A DNA stretch of 31,500 nucleotides from a virus. The notes below the pieces were generated by a model. That model made no database searches. It had not been told where the DNA came from and worked only from the letters and a program-made list of their open reading frames with translations. Position numbers and translations under genes: made by a program. Positions 22,900 to 29,532 of the stretch are shown here, one piece after another. The stretch lies in IMG/VR virus record IMGVR_UViG_3300045988_058378; one strand, given 5' to 3'. Every line of letters begins with the position of its first letter. Positions within the stretch are counted from its first letter, which is position 1.

Positions 22900-22966
22900 T
22901 TTGGTTTGTCCTTTCTTATCGGTTGGTAATTACATAATACATCATTGTTGAGTACGACACGCCGAA
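22900..22966 (-). promoter_or_regulatory. Class-II promoter/5'UTR cassette C1
   Basis: Minus sense: TTCGGCGTGTCG-N15-TATTAT-GTAATTACC-...-GAAAGGA-N9-ATG. Near-identical to C4 and C5. Confidence 0.6.
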
Positions 22967-23232
22967 CGTTCGACAAACACGCCCCAGCACATAGGAATTT
23001 TCAGCGGCACCAACCGGGACACGCGATAGTCAGCGCCATAACGCACTTCAGCAAGCCGAGCAATAACCGCGTGCGCTCTCTCCCTTGCTTCGGCAATCCG
23101 CTTGCCATAGCCACGCTTGCGCTTCTGCCAACCGTCGCTAGTCCTCTCATATACCTCCCATACGACACCGTTTTCCGAATAATGAGACTGCACGCGATAA
23201 TCGTAAGCGTCAACGTTCCTATATTTCACCAT
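22942..23232 (-). CDS. Hypothetical protein, 96 aa
   Basis: AAGGGGG RBS. The C-terminal residues SACRTQQ are encoded by cassette C1. Confidence 0.6.
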   Translation of the reverse strand: MVKYRNVDAYDYRVQSHYSENGVVWEVYERTSDGWQKRKRGYGKRIAEARERAHAVIARLAEVRYGADYRVSRLVPLKIPMCWGVFVERSACRTQQ

Positions 23233-23242
23233 ATCCCCCTTT

Positions 23243-23572
23243 TTAGTACATTTCCGCGATGTGTCGAGTGAACGCGCATACGCTGACTGCCGTCATATAG
23301 CCGCGTAATCCCGTCTTCCTCGCCATGAGAAGCCACACGGGGAAAGTGATGAATGGTGCGAGACACCAACCACATGTAGCGAGATTACGCAGACTGAAGG
23401 CTTGCAGTGCTTCGCGTCTCTGCCCCTTCGTTTCGTACTGCGTTTCGACTGTGTTGAGAGCGTCTAACCATACTCTGCGCGCATTCTTTAAGGACATGCC
23501 GAAACCGTCCGTTGTCTGGATGCAAGTATTGAGGTACCCGGCGACTAGTCCGGCCTGCACTGCCTTGTTCAT
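23243..23572 (-). CDS. Hypothetical protein, 109 aa (hydrophobic C-terminus)
   Basis: ATG at 23572 (MNKAVQAGLV...), coupled to the upstream stop by ATGA. The longer track ORF 23243..23845 overlaps other genes. Confidence 0.5.
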   Translation of the reverse strand: MNKAVQAGLVAGYLNTCIQTTDGFGMSLKNARRVWLDALNTVETQYETKGQRREALQAFSLRNLATCGWCLAPFITFPVWLLMARKTGLRGYMTAVSVCAFTRHIAEMY

Positions 23573-23715
23573 TTCTTTGCTCCTTTGCGGTAGACGTAGA
23601 GTGCCGCCAGCATGCACGCGACACCGATAATATTGATGAAGTTCATGTTTTCGTTCGCGGATAATACGATTCCGAAGAGAAAGAGTATTGCCACGAAGCC
23701 GTCGTTTTTGTTCAT
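23569..23715 (-). CDS. Small membrane protein, 48 aa
   Basis: MNKNDGFVAILFLFGIVLSANENMNFINIIGVACMLAALYVYRKGAKK has two hydrophobic helices. GAAAGGA RBS after hairpin H2. Confidence 0.5.
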   Translation of the reverse strand: MNKNDGFVAILFLFGIVLSANENMNFINIIGVACMLAALYVYRKGAKK

Positions 23716-23972
23716 TGCTGGTTCCTTTCGATTGGCGCCCCGCCCTTGCGGGCGGGGCGGGGGGGGCATTCTCCGATGATTTCCGCAAACTTGTCGGTGA
23801 GCCACTTGAGGTATTCTTTTCTGGTGTTAAACTTGCCTTGTGCATGTTCGGTACCGTTCCACCATGCTCCCGTGGTGTTCTCGTTCCACTATGTTTCGAC
23901 GTTTACCGTGCCGTCTTCGTTGGTGGTGGCCTTGATGTTGTATCCCTTGAAGCAGTTGGTTTCGGTGTTCAT
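23712..23972 (-). CDS. Hypothetical protein (first ORF of module 2) carrying an in-frame TAG
   Basis: Own translation from the cassette ATG at 23972: MNTETNCFKGYNIKATTNEDGTVNVET*WNENTTGAWWNGTEHAQGKFNTRKEYLKWLTDKFAEIIGE... The TAG is at 23889-23891. The frame stays open for 58 more codons and ends in a TGA overlapping the next ATG. Confidence 0.45.
23737..23758 (-). promoter_or_regulatory. GC-rich hairpin H2 (GCCCCGCCC-GCAA-GGGCGGGGC)
   Basis: Perfect 9-bp stem with a GNRA loop, about 20 nt upstream of the ATG at 23715. Confidence 0.6.
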
Positions 23973-24035
23973 TTTGTTTGTCCTTTCTTTGTTTGGTAAT
24001 TACATAATACACTACTTGTGTACACGACACGCCGA
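23973..24035 (-). promoter_or_regulatory. Class-II promoter/5'UTR cassette C2
   Basis: Minus sense: TTCGGCGTGTCG-N15-TATTAT-GTAATTACC-AAACAAAGAAAGGACAAACAAA-ATG. Confidence 0.6.
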
Positions 24036-24078
24036 AAAATAAAAAAAGGGAATCTACAAAATTTCTTCGTAGATTCCC
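24035..24078 (-). terminator. Canonical rho-independent terminator (minus strand)
   Basis: 10-bp stem GGGAATCTAC/GTAGATTCCC followed on the minus strand by TTTTTTTATTTTT. It lies just after the stop at 24086. Confidence 0.8.
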
Positions 24079-24085
24079 TGAATTT

Positions 24086-24367
24086 TCATCGACTGCAATA
24101 CGCTAAGCACTGCACCTCAAGCGCATCCACATGACGGTAGCACACTCCATCAAACACGAAAAAAGGCGCGGTAGAATACTTGTGAGCCTTTCGCAAAGTC
24201 CAGTAACGACTGTTACCCGGCTGAACTACCATGAGAGCAACCATAACGCCCGTTTTCTTCTTGATTCGCACCACCATTTTTCGTAGTCCGTCAATCAATT
24301 CCCGGTGCTTGCATCCCGCGCAATCATCGAAAACCGCGTAAATGACACGTCTTGAAATGCTCACCAA
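24086..24367 (-). CDS. Thioredoxin/glutaredoxin-fold protein candidate (CAGC redox motif)
   Basis: VIYAVFDDCAGCKH...TAPFFVFDG resembles NrdH/Grx-like architecture. TTG or GTG start overlapping the upstream stop. Confidence 0.4.
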   Translation of the reverse strand: MVSISRRVIYAVFDDCAGCKHRELIDGLRKMVVRIKKKTGVMVALMVVQPGNSRYWTLRKAHKYSTAPFFVFDGVCYRHVDALEVQCLAYCSR

Positions 24368-25245
24368 TCCACACCTCCCAGTTTTTGCAGTCCGTCAATG
24401 AGTGCCAATGTCTGCAATTCCTTTGTCTCCTGCGCTTCGATTTCACTTGCAACGCTCTGCCGTTCCACCGCGAACACCTCATGTTGCAGACTGCCATACA
24501 CCCTATCATCTAACATAGTGAAATACACCGTGTGCAAGTCAGGGTTGACGACAAAATACTGAAGCACTTGAGACTGATACTGCTCCGGAATGAAGTCGAA
24601 CTCCCGACGCGTTTCCAGAATCTCCGGGAACAACTTGAGGGCCAACGACTGCAATTCATTCCGCTGACTATCCGGAGTTTCCGAATAGTTGAGCATCTGG
24701 TATACGCGGAATGGAACAACCGTTTGAAGATGGTATTTCGTTCCCAGACTTTTCGCTTCGAATGCGAACGTGGGATTATGTTCCAGCCCGTTAAAGATTC
24801 GCGGTTTGGCGTGAGCGTCAGGACTGACCGCAATTCGGTCATCCACGTCACTTACCCACATTCCCGTGTTAAACTCAACTACGTTAGGCGAAATGTCGAA
24901 TTTTTCGCACGCCATCATGATATTAGTGTTTTCCAAACGGTGACCGCGTTCCATTGGCGGTTCCCCGTCCGGCTGTTCCGCAATCATATCAGCGAGGAAC
25001 TGCCAAAAATCAAGGTTGACTTTCAACCGTTCGTTATCTCGTTTTGCTTGCCGTGCCTTCTCTCGGTATTCTTCGGCCTTTTCTTCGGTCTTTGCCTTGT
25101 CTGCCATGGCTTCGAGTTTGGCTACGTCCTTTTGGGCGTAATGTTCGAGCGCGAGTGTTCCGGCTTTGGTGCCCGTGATTTTACCAATTCGCGCGTCCAA
25201 CCATGCTTCAGTGTCCTGCGCTTGAGAAACGTTCAGAATCTTCAT
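24361..25245 (-). CDS. YqaJ/lambda-Exo-like PD-(D/E)XK recombination exonuclease
   Basis: N-terminal QDTEAWLDARIGKITGTKAG (YqaJ signature). Catalytic-type SPD...FEAKS motifs. A coiled-coil insert is present. Confidence 0.7.
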   Translation of the reverse strand: MKILNVSQAQDTEAWLDARIGKITGTKAGTLALEHYAQKDVAKLEAMADKAKTEEKAEEYREKARQAKRDNERLKVNLDFWQFLADMIAEQPDGEPPMERGHRLENTNIMMACEKFDISPNVVEFNTGMWVSDVDDRIAVSPDAHAKPRIFNGLEHNPTFAFEAKSLGTKYHLQTVVPFRVYQMLNYSETPDSQRNELQSLALKLFPEILETRREFDFIPEQYQSQVLQYFVVNPDLHTVYFTMLDDRVYGSLQHEVFAVERQSVASEIEAQETKELQTLALIDGLQKLGGVDW

Positions 25246-25246
25246 T

Positions 25247-25654
25247 TTAGTTTTCCTTTCTTACCGGTAATCCGTTTTCCGTTGTTGCGAGCATGTATGA
25301 TTTCAGTAGTGTGTCCGCTATTTTTTGCCGTCGTGCGGGCGGGATGCGTCTGAGGTTGGTTTCCCAGTGCGCGACTTGGCATTGGCGTACACCGTACATT
25401 TTTGCTATTTCACGTTGGCTGATGCCGAACGCGTTGCGCAAATATTTCAACAATTCGCTATCATCCAAAGAGTCAAGATAAGTATTTCGACTGTTGACGG
25501 TGCGGAGATTGTTTTCGTGGTCGAGCGTGAATAGATTGCCGTTTTTTGACTGGATAAGGTAGGCGTAAACGTCTTCCTTAATTCGGTATTCTCGCTCTCC
25601 GGCGACGGTTTTGAATGTGATGGGCATGGCTTCCGGCCATAGTGTGAGTCTCAT
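25247..25654 (-). CDS. DNA-binding protein with C-terminal XRE-type HTH
   Basis: LRNAFGISQREIAKMYGVRQCQVAHWETNLRRIP is a classic HTH_3 pattern. GAGAGAGGA RBS. Confidence 0.6.
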   Translation of the reverse strand: MRLTLWPEAMPITFKTVAGEREYRIKEDVYAYLIQSKNGNLFTLDHENNLRTVNSRNTYLDSLDDSELLKYLRNAFGISQREIAKMYGVRQCQVAHWETNLRRIPPARRQKIADTLLKSYMLATTENGLPVRKEN

Positions 25655-25666
25655 TTATCCTCTCTC

Positions 25667-25933
25667 TCACGCAATCTCTTCATCATAGAAGACGTATGCG
25701 ATTCCGTTGACAGTGTTGAATTTTCCCTGCACAACGTCTTTGTGAATTGTCGGTTCGATTTCAGCCAAGTAGAGCAAGTCTAGTGCGTCTTCTCTTGAAT
25801 TTGGGTAGATTGCGATTTGTGGCGTGTAGTCTTTTAGTTCAATGTCCGGTGAGTCTTCAGCCACTTCGTCGAGCTTGGTTAGTGTCTCTTTGAGGAATGT
25901 GACGTATTGGGTGAGGGTTATTGTATCTTCCAT
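25667..25933 (-). CDS. Highly acidic hypothetical protein, 88 aa
   Basis: 19 Asp/Glu versus 6 Lys/Arg by direct count. First gene after hairpin H3. Confidence 0.6.
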   Translation of the reverse strand: MEDTITLTQYVTFLKETLTKLDEVAEDSPDIELKDYTPQIAIYPNSREDALDLLYLAEIEPTIHKDVVQGKFNTVNGIAYVFYDEEIA

Positions 25934-25955
25934 TATTGTTCCTTTGGTTAGGGGT

Positions 25956-25977
25956 GCCCCGCCCTTGCGGGCGGGGC
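25956..25977 (-). promoter_or_regulatory. GC-rich hairpin H3 (GCCCCGCCC-GCAA-GGGCGGGGC)
   Basis: Perfect 9-bp stem with a GNRA loop, between the stop at 25989 and the ATG at 25933. Confidence 0.6.
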
Positions 25978-25988
25978 TGTGGTTTGGT

Positions 25989-26183
25989 TTAGAGTGCGTG
26001 TTCCTTGAGCAGTTCGGTGAATTCGTCGGGGTCTACCTGCTCATAATCGGTGTAGCCGTTCATGTCGCAGATGTCGCGGAGGTCTTTCGCGGCTCCGTAG
26101 GTATTCCAATCGCCGTCATCCTGCCCGCTGTTTTGAAGGTAGTTGACGATGTAGGTTTCTGCTGTGCTGAGGTTGATTTCCAT
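25989..26183 (-). CDS. Highly acidic hypothetical protein, 64 aa (first ORF of module 3)
   Basis: 15 Asp/Glu versus 3 Lys/Arg by direct count. The ATG is preceded by the cassette SD. Confidence 0.6.
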   Translation of the reverse strand: MEINLSTAETYIVNYLQNSGQDDGDWNTYGAAKDLRDICDMNGYTDYEQVDPDEFTELLKEHAL

Positions 26184-26246
26184 TTTGTTTGTCCTTTCTT
26201 TGTTTGGTAATTACATAATACAACAGTTTTGGTTACGACACGCCGG
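26184..26246 (-). promoter_or_regulatory. Class-II promoter/5'UTR cassette C3
   Basis: Minus sense: CCGGCGTGTCG-N15-TATTAT-GTAATTACC-AAACAAAGAAAGGACAAACAAA-ATG. Confidence 0.6.
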
Positions 26247-26247
26247 A

Positions 26248-26415
26248 CTAGAGATAATCCATGACAACGAAACCAATACCCGCCAAACCAATAAGGATGT
26301 TAGCCAATGCGAGAAGAATCATAAGGCTATCCTCGCATTGAAATGCCACTCCCAAAGCGACAGCGGCCACAATCGTAAGCACTAAGAAGACACAGAATAT
26401 AGCAACCTTTTTCAC
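26248..26415 (-). CDS. Small two-helix membrane protein, 55 aa
   Basis: Own translation: (GTG)KKVAIFCVFLVLTIVAAVALGVAFQCEDSLMILLALANILIGLAGIGFVVMDYL. The GTG overlaps the ERF TGA, and AAGGGTGG lies 6 nt upstream. Confidence 0.45.
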   Translation of the reverse strand: MKKVAIFCVFLVLTIVAAVALGVAFQCEDSLMILLALANILIGLAGIGFVVMDYL

Positions 26416-27005
26416 TTATTGCCACCCTTGTTGATAGCCTGACGGAGAAGCATAACGTCATGCTCGGTCAAGTCCTGAGGCTTACGCACCTCATGGCCGA
26501 ACTGTGATGCCAGAGCGCTGACGTAGAAGCCCAGATTTGTTCCAGCGGCCTGAGCCATATCGTTAAGTTCGTTGACTTCTTGTGCCGTGGCCTTACGTGG
26601 TTGCTTTGGGGTGGAATAGTCGCGCATGGCGGCACCGTCGTCGTCCTTGTCTGGGAAGATACCAAGGGCGGCGTAGAGGGAGTAGCGGCGCGCGTAGGTT
26701 ACTGCGGAGCCGATTGCCTGAGGGTCGGGCACCACAATGAATGGATAGTCGCCCACGTTCAGGGTTTTTTCGGCGTCGAAAATGATTGTTTCTACCGTAC
26801 CGTAGCTCATTTTGTCGCCTACCGTGCCCATGCGTACCACCTGCCGGAATGCCAAGTCATACTTGGCAAAAATAGGCTTGATGGTTTTGAGAATGGTAGC
26901 AAGATTAAGGTACTTGTAGGTGCGTTGTCCAGCGTTGGCTGTCAGGTCGGTGACGAAGTTGGGGACTTCGTTGAGGACTGCCATATATTTTTCTTCGAGT
27001 TTCAT
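26412..27005 (-). CDS. ERF-family single-strand annealing protein
   Basis: YLNLATILKTIKPIFAKYDL...QAIGSAVTYARRYSLYAALGI is the ERF core signature. Confidence 0.8.
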   Translation of the reverse strand: MKLEEKYMAVLNEVPNFVTDLTANAGQRTYKYLNLATILKTIKPIFAKYDLAFRQVVRMGTVGDKMSYGTVETIIFDAEKTLNVGDYPFIVVPDPQAIGSAVTYARRYSLYAALGIFPDKDDDGAAMRDYSTPKQPRKATAQEVNELNDMAQAAGTNLGFYVSALASQFGHEVRKPQDLTEHDVMLLRQAINKGGNK

Positions 27006-27028
27006 TATTGTTTCCTTTAATTAATGGT

Positions 27029-27050
27029 GCCCCACCCGCGTGGGCGGGGC
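27029..27050 (-). promoter_or_regulatory. GC-rich hairpin H4 (GCCCCGCCC-ACGC-GGGUGGGGC)
   Basis: 9-bp stem whose G-U pair exists only in minus-sense RNA. It lies between the stop at 27061 and the ATG at 27005. Confidence 0.6.
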
Positions 27051-27060
27051 TGGATGTCGT

Positions 27061-27360
27061 TTATAATGCGTTTTCGGGGAGGGTGTCGAGGTAGTCTATC
27101 GCATCGTACATTCCTTCGGTGGTGTATGGGAAAAGCTTCTCATAGCAGTGACTAGAATAGTGTTGGCCGCGCTTGCGGTAATCCCTGCGAAGTTCTTCGT
27201 CGGTCTTGGCGACTTCCCAGTGAACGCGAATTACTCGATGTATGTTTCCCTTGCGGGTAGTGTACACGTCAAGATTTTTAGTGATGTAGAGCTTCTTCTT
27301 GGGGCCCATCATGTTATCGAAGATTTCGAAGAGGTTGAAGCGGAGGTTTTCGGTGGTCAT
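27061..27360 (-). CDS. Hypothetical protein, 99 aa (first ORF of module 4)
   Basis: Track ORF. The ATG is preceded by the cassette SD. Confidence 0.65.
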   Translation of the reverse strand: MTTENLRFNLFEIFDNMMGPKKKLYITKNLDVYTTRKGNIHRVIRVHWEVAKTDEELRRDYRKRGQHYSSHCYEKLFPYTTEGMYDAIDYLDTLPENAL

Positions 27361-27424
27361 TTTGGTTTGTCCTTTCTTGGTTGGTAATTACATAATACAT
27401 CATTGTTGAGTGCGACACGCCGAA
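27361..27424 (-). promoter_or_regulatory. Class-II promoter/5'UTR cassette C4
   Basis: Minus sense: TTCGGCGTGTCG-N15-TATTAT-GTAATTACC-AACCAAGAAAGGACAAACCAAA-ATG. Confidence 0.6.
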
Positions 27425-27843
27425 CTAGGCAGAATCTCACCCAAACGACTCAACCCACGCGCGCTATCAAGCCCACGGAACCGTTTAGCGGACTGTGCGG
27501 CTTCATCGAGACTACGCCCGCTCAACCTATTCCGCCGATACTCCCAACTCGCCTCACCCTCAATACCCAGTGCGCGCATTTCACGCGTAATGTCGGCTTC
27601 GGAAGGCTTATGGTCACGTTTCCACTTGGCCCAAAAGCTGTTAACGTCGGCGGGCATGAGATACGGCCGCTTCTTCGCATATTCCGGGCTTGCGAAAAAT
27701 TGGCGTATGGCTTCTTTCGCCACGTCCAATCGCATGTCAGTGGCTAACGCTTCCATCCATGCGGCCACCTGCATATCGGTCACAAGACGGTTATCAAAGG
27801 CGCTGGCATAAGTTAGTAGTGCTTGCACTTGCAGTTTATTCAT
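27400..27843 (-). CDS. Hypothetical protein, 147 aa
   Basis: AAGGAA RBS. The ATG at 27843 overlaps the upstream gene by 8 nt. The C-terminal SACRTQQ is encoded by cassette C4. Confidence 0.6.
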   Translation of the reverse strand: MNKLQVQALLTYASAFDNRLVTDMQVAAWMEALATDMRLDVAKEAIRQFFASPEYAKKRPYLMPADVNSFWAKWKRDHKPSEADITREMRALGIEGEASWEYRRNRLSGRSLDEAAQSAKRFRGLDSARGLSRLGEILPSSACRTQQ

Positions 27844-28252
27844 TTCTCGATTCCTTGAATTCAAGTTGCATTAATTTCACGACTTTCAACATGCCGTCCA
27901 AGTCACTTTTTCTAAGGTACAGCCAGAAGAGACCTTCCGTATAGGTGGTGGCTTGGCGGGCAAGGTCTAGCATGGTATCCATGTAGAGACAGCACTTCCC
28001 CACTTGCTTGAGATTGTGTGCGTCCAAGGGTTCGCCATCAATTTCCATGTGGCATTTCTCCCCATTGTCGATAGCCTTCCGCAGATACCATTCCGCTTTC
28101 TGCAAGTCCTCCAATGGGCGCCCCTTAAGCCGGTACCGCCACACGTATTTTATGGCGTTGCCTACGCAAAAACTGTGATATTGCGCGACTTCAATGCATT
28201 CGCAAGGTTTCGTATCGTCAGTGTAGTGTGCTGGATGATTGATATTGCCCAT
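27836..28252 (-). CDS. DUF3310-family protein
   Basis: INHPAHYT...CECIEVAQ...GNAIKYVWRYRLKGRPLEDLQKAEWYL matches my recollection of the DUF3310 signature. Confidence 0.6.
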   Translation of the reverse strand: MGNINHPAHYTDDTKPCECIEVAQYHSFCVGNAIKYVWRYRLKGRPLEDLQKAEWYLRKAIDNGEKCHMEIDGEPLDAHNLKQVGKCCLYMDTMLDLARQATTYTEGLFWLYLRKSDLDGMLKVVKLMQLEFKESRNE

Positions 28253-28263
28253 GAGTGTTTCCC

Positions 28264-28671
28264 TTAGAAGTTTGGTGTGATTGAGTCCAGAAAATCGTCA
28301 AGGTAAAGTATGTAGTCTTCTTGGGCGGAATCGTGCGCCTGTGTCTGGTAGTCACCGTGTTGCCATTGAATTCCGCTTGAGAATTTCAGCCGACTGATTC
28401 CAGCGAGATATACGAGTATCGTATTGTGGACTTTATCAGTCGTCCAGTCTGAGGGAGCTACAACGTCCAGCATGTAGGTTTTAGATTGTGCACCGCTTCT
28501 CTGCCGGTTTTCTAAGCCTTTCCATGCTGACAGCCATACGCGATAGCGGACTATTTTGGGATTGTCTTGCACGGTCACGGCTGTCTCGAATATGGCAGTG
28601 TCCTTGTCTTTGTCGCATTCCACGACAGAATGCATGTCATATGGTGGAATGTCGCTGAATAGTGTCAACAT
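28264..28671 (-). CDS. Hypothetical protein, 135 aa
   Basis: ATG at 28671 (MLTLFSDIPP...) with a GGAAGGGAA RBS. First gene after hairpin H5. Confidence 0.55.
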   Translation of the reverse strand: MLTLFSDIPPYDMHSVVECDKDKDTAIFETAVTVQDNPKIVRYRVWLSAWKGLENRQRSGAQSKTYMLDVVAPSDWTTDKVHNTILVYLAGISRLKFSSGIQWQHGDYQTQAHDSAQEDYILYLDDFLDSITPNF

Positions 28672-28694
28672 TATGAGTTCCCTTCCAATTGGGT

Positions 28695-28716
28695 GCCCCA
28701 CCCTTGCGGGTGGAGC
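28695..28716 (-). promoter_or_regulatory. GC-rich hairpin H5 (GCUCCACCC-GCAA-GGGUGGGGC)
   Basis: 9-bp stem with a U-G pair valid only in minus-sense RNA, and a GNRA loop. It lies between the stop at 28726 and the ATG at 28671. Confidence 0.6.
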
Positions 28717-28725
28717 AGGTGTTTT

Positions 28726-28986
28726 TCATGCTTTGCGTTCGTAAACGTCTACGTCATAGCCACCTTCAGTGGTGTAGTCTGGCTTGAATTTGCCGAGCCG
28801 GTAGCCTCGTTTGAGCATTTCAAGTCGGAGGGTGAATAGGATGCCTCCCACACGGTTCAGGTTTTCAATGTCGAAGTTGATTCCGTTATCGATGTTGCGG
28901 ACGTGTGCGGTTGCGTTTTCTTCGTCGATGATGACGTATGCGTCACAGATGTATTCGCCTTGGTTGTACGGCTGGAGTTTAACCAT
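28726..28986 (-). CDS. Hypothetical protein, 86 aa (first ORF of module 5)
   Basis: Cassette ATG at 28986 (MVKLQPYNQG...). The longer track ORF would run through the promoter and terminator. Confidence 0.6.
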   Translation of the reverse strand: MVKLQPYNQGEYICDAYVIIDEENATAHVRNIDNGINFDIENLNRVGGILFTLRLEMLKRGYRLGKFKPDYTTEGGYDVDVYERKA

Positions 28987-29050
28987 TTTAGATTCCTTTC
29001 TTATCGGTTGGTAATTACATAATACATCATTGTTGAGTACGACACGCCGG
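28987..29050 (-). promoter_or_regulatory. Class-II promoter/5'UTR cassette C5
   Basis: Minus sense: CCGGCGTGTCG-N15-TATTAT-GTAATTACC-AACCGATAAGAAAGGAATCTAAA-ATG. Confidence 0.6.
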
Positions 29051-29088
29051 AAAACAGAAAATGCCCGCCGAAACAAATCAGCGGGCAT
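29051..29088 (-). terminator. Rho-independent terminator (minus strand) after the paralog triplet
   Basis: ATGCCCGC/GCGGGCAT stem followed on the minus strand by TTTCTGTTTT. Confidence 0.7.
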
Positions 29089-29102
29089 AATGAGAATCAT
29101 TA

Positions 29103-29522
29103 TCAATAGGCGAACTTGACCGGCACTAGCGGGAGCGCCCCAGCACCAAACGTCGAGATAACAAGAGGCCATGTAACATGTAACGCGGATGATCCATCGC
29201 TCCAAACACGGTTTAGCGGCTCAGTCCCATACTTTCCGTCATCAAGAGTAGGACGGCGCACACTCCAATCACCTGCTCCGTCACTGTAGAGCAGTGTGCC
29301 GGTCTGGGTGATGTAATAGCCCTCCTCTGTTGGCATTTCCTGCATTGTCCTCATATTTTCTGGGAAACGATAATTGAGTGCGTCTTGCAATGCTTTCATC
29401 TCGTTTTCATCCCGGAACCTTAGCACGACATTCCACCCGTCTTCCGTCGTAGTGGCGGCCAAGTCTCGCAATGAGTTGATAACAATAGATTCCGGATTTG
29501 TATACGCTGTGACCTTAATCAT
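29103..29522 (-). CDS. Paralog family member C, 139 aa, unknown function
   Basis: Shares L-x-x-L-N-x-x-FPEN, EEGYY-x-TQTG-LL, DWSVR and a C-terminal PL-x-V motif with the two upstream genes. Confidence 0.7.
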   Translation of the reverse strand: MIKVTAYTNPESIVINSLRDLAATTTEDGWNVVLRFRDENEMKALQDALNYRFPENMRTMQEMPTEEGYYITQTGTLLYSDGAGDWSVRRPTLDDGKYGTEPLNRVWSDGSSALHVTWPLVISTFGAGALPLVPVKFAY

Positions 29523-29532
29523 TTTTGTCCTT

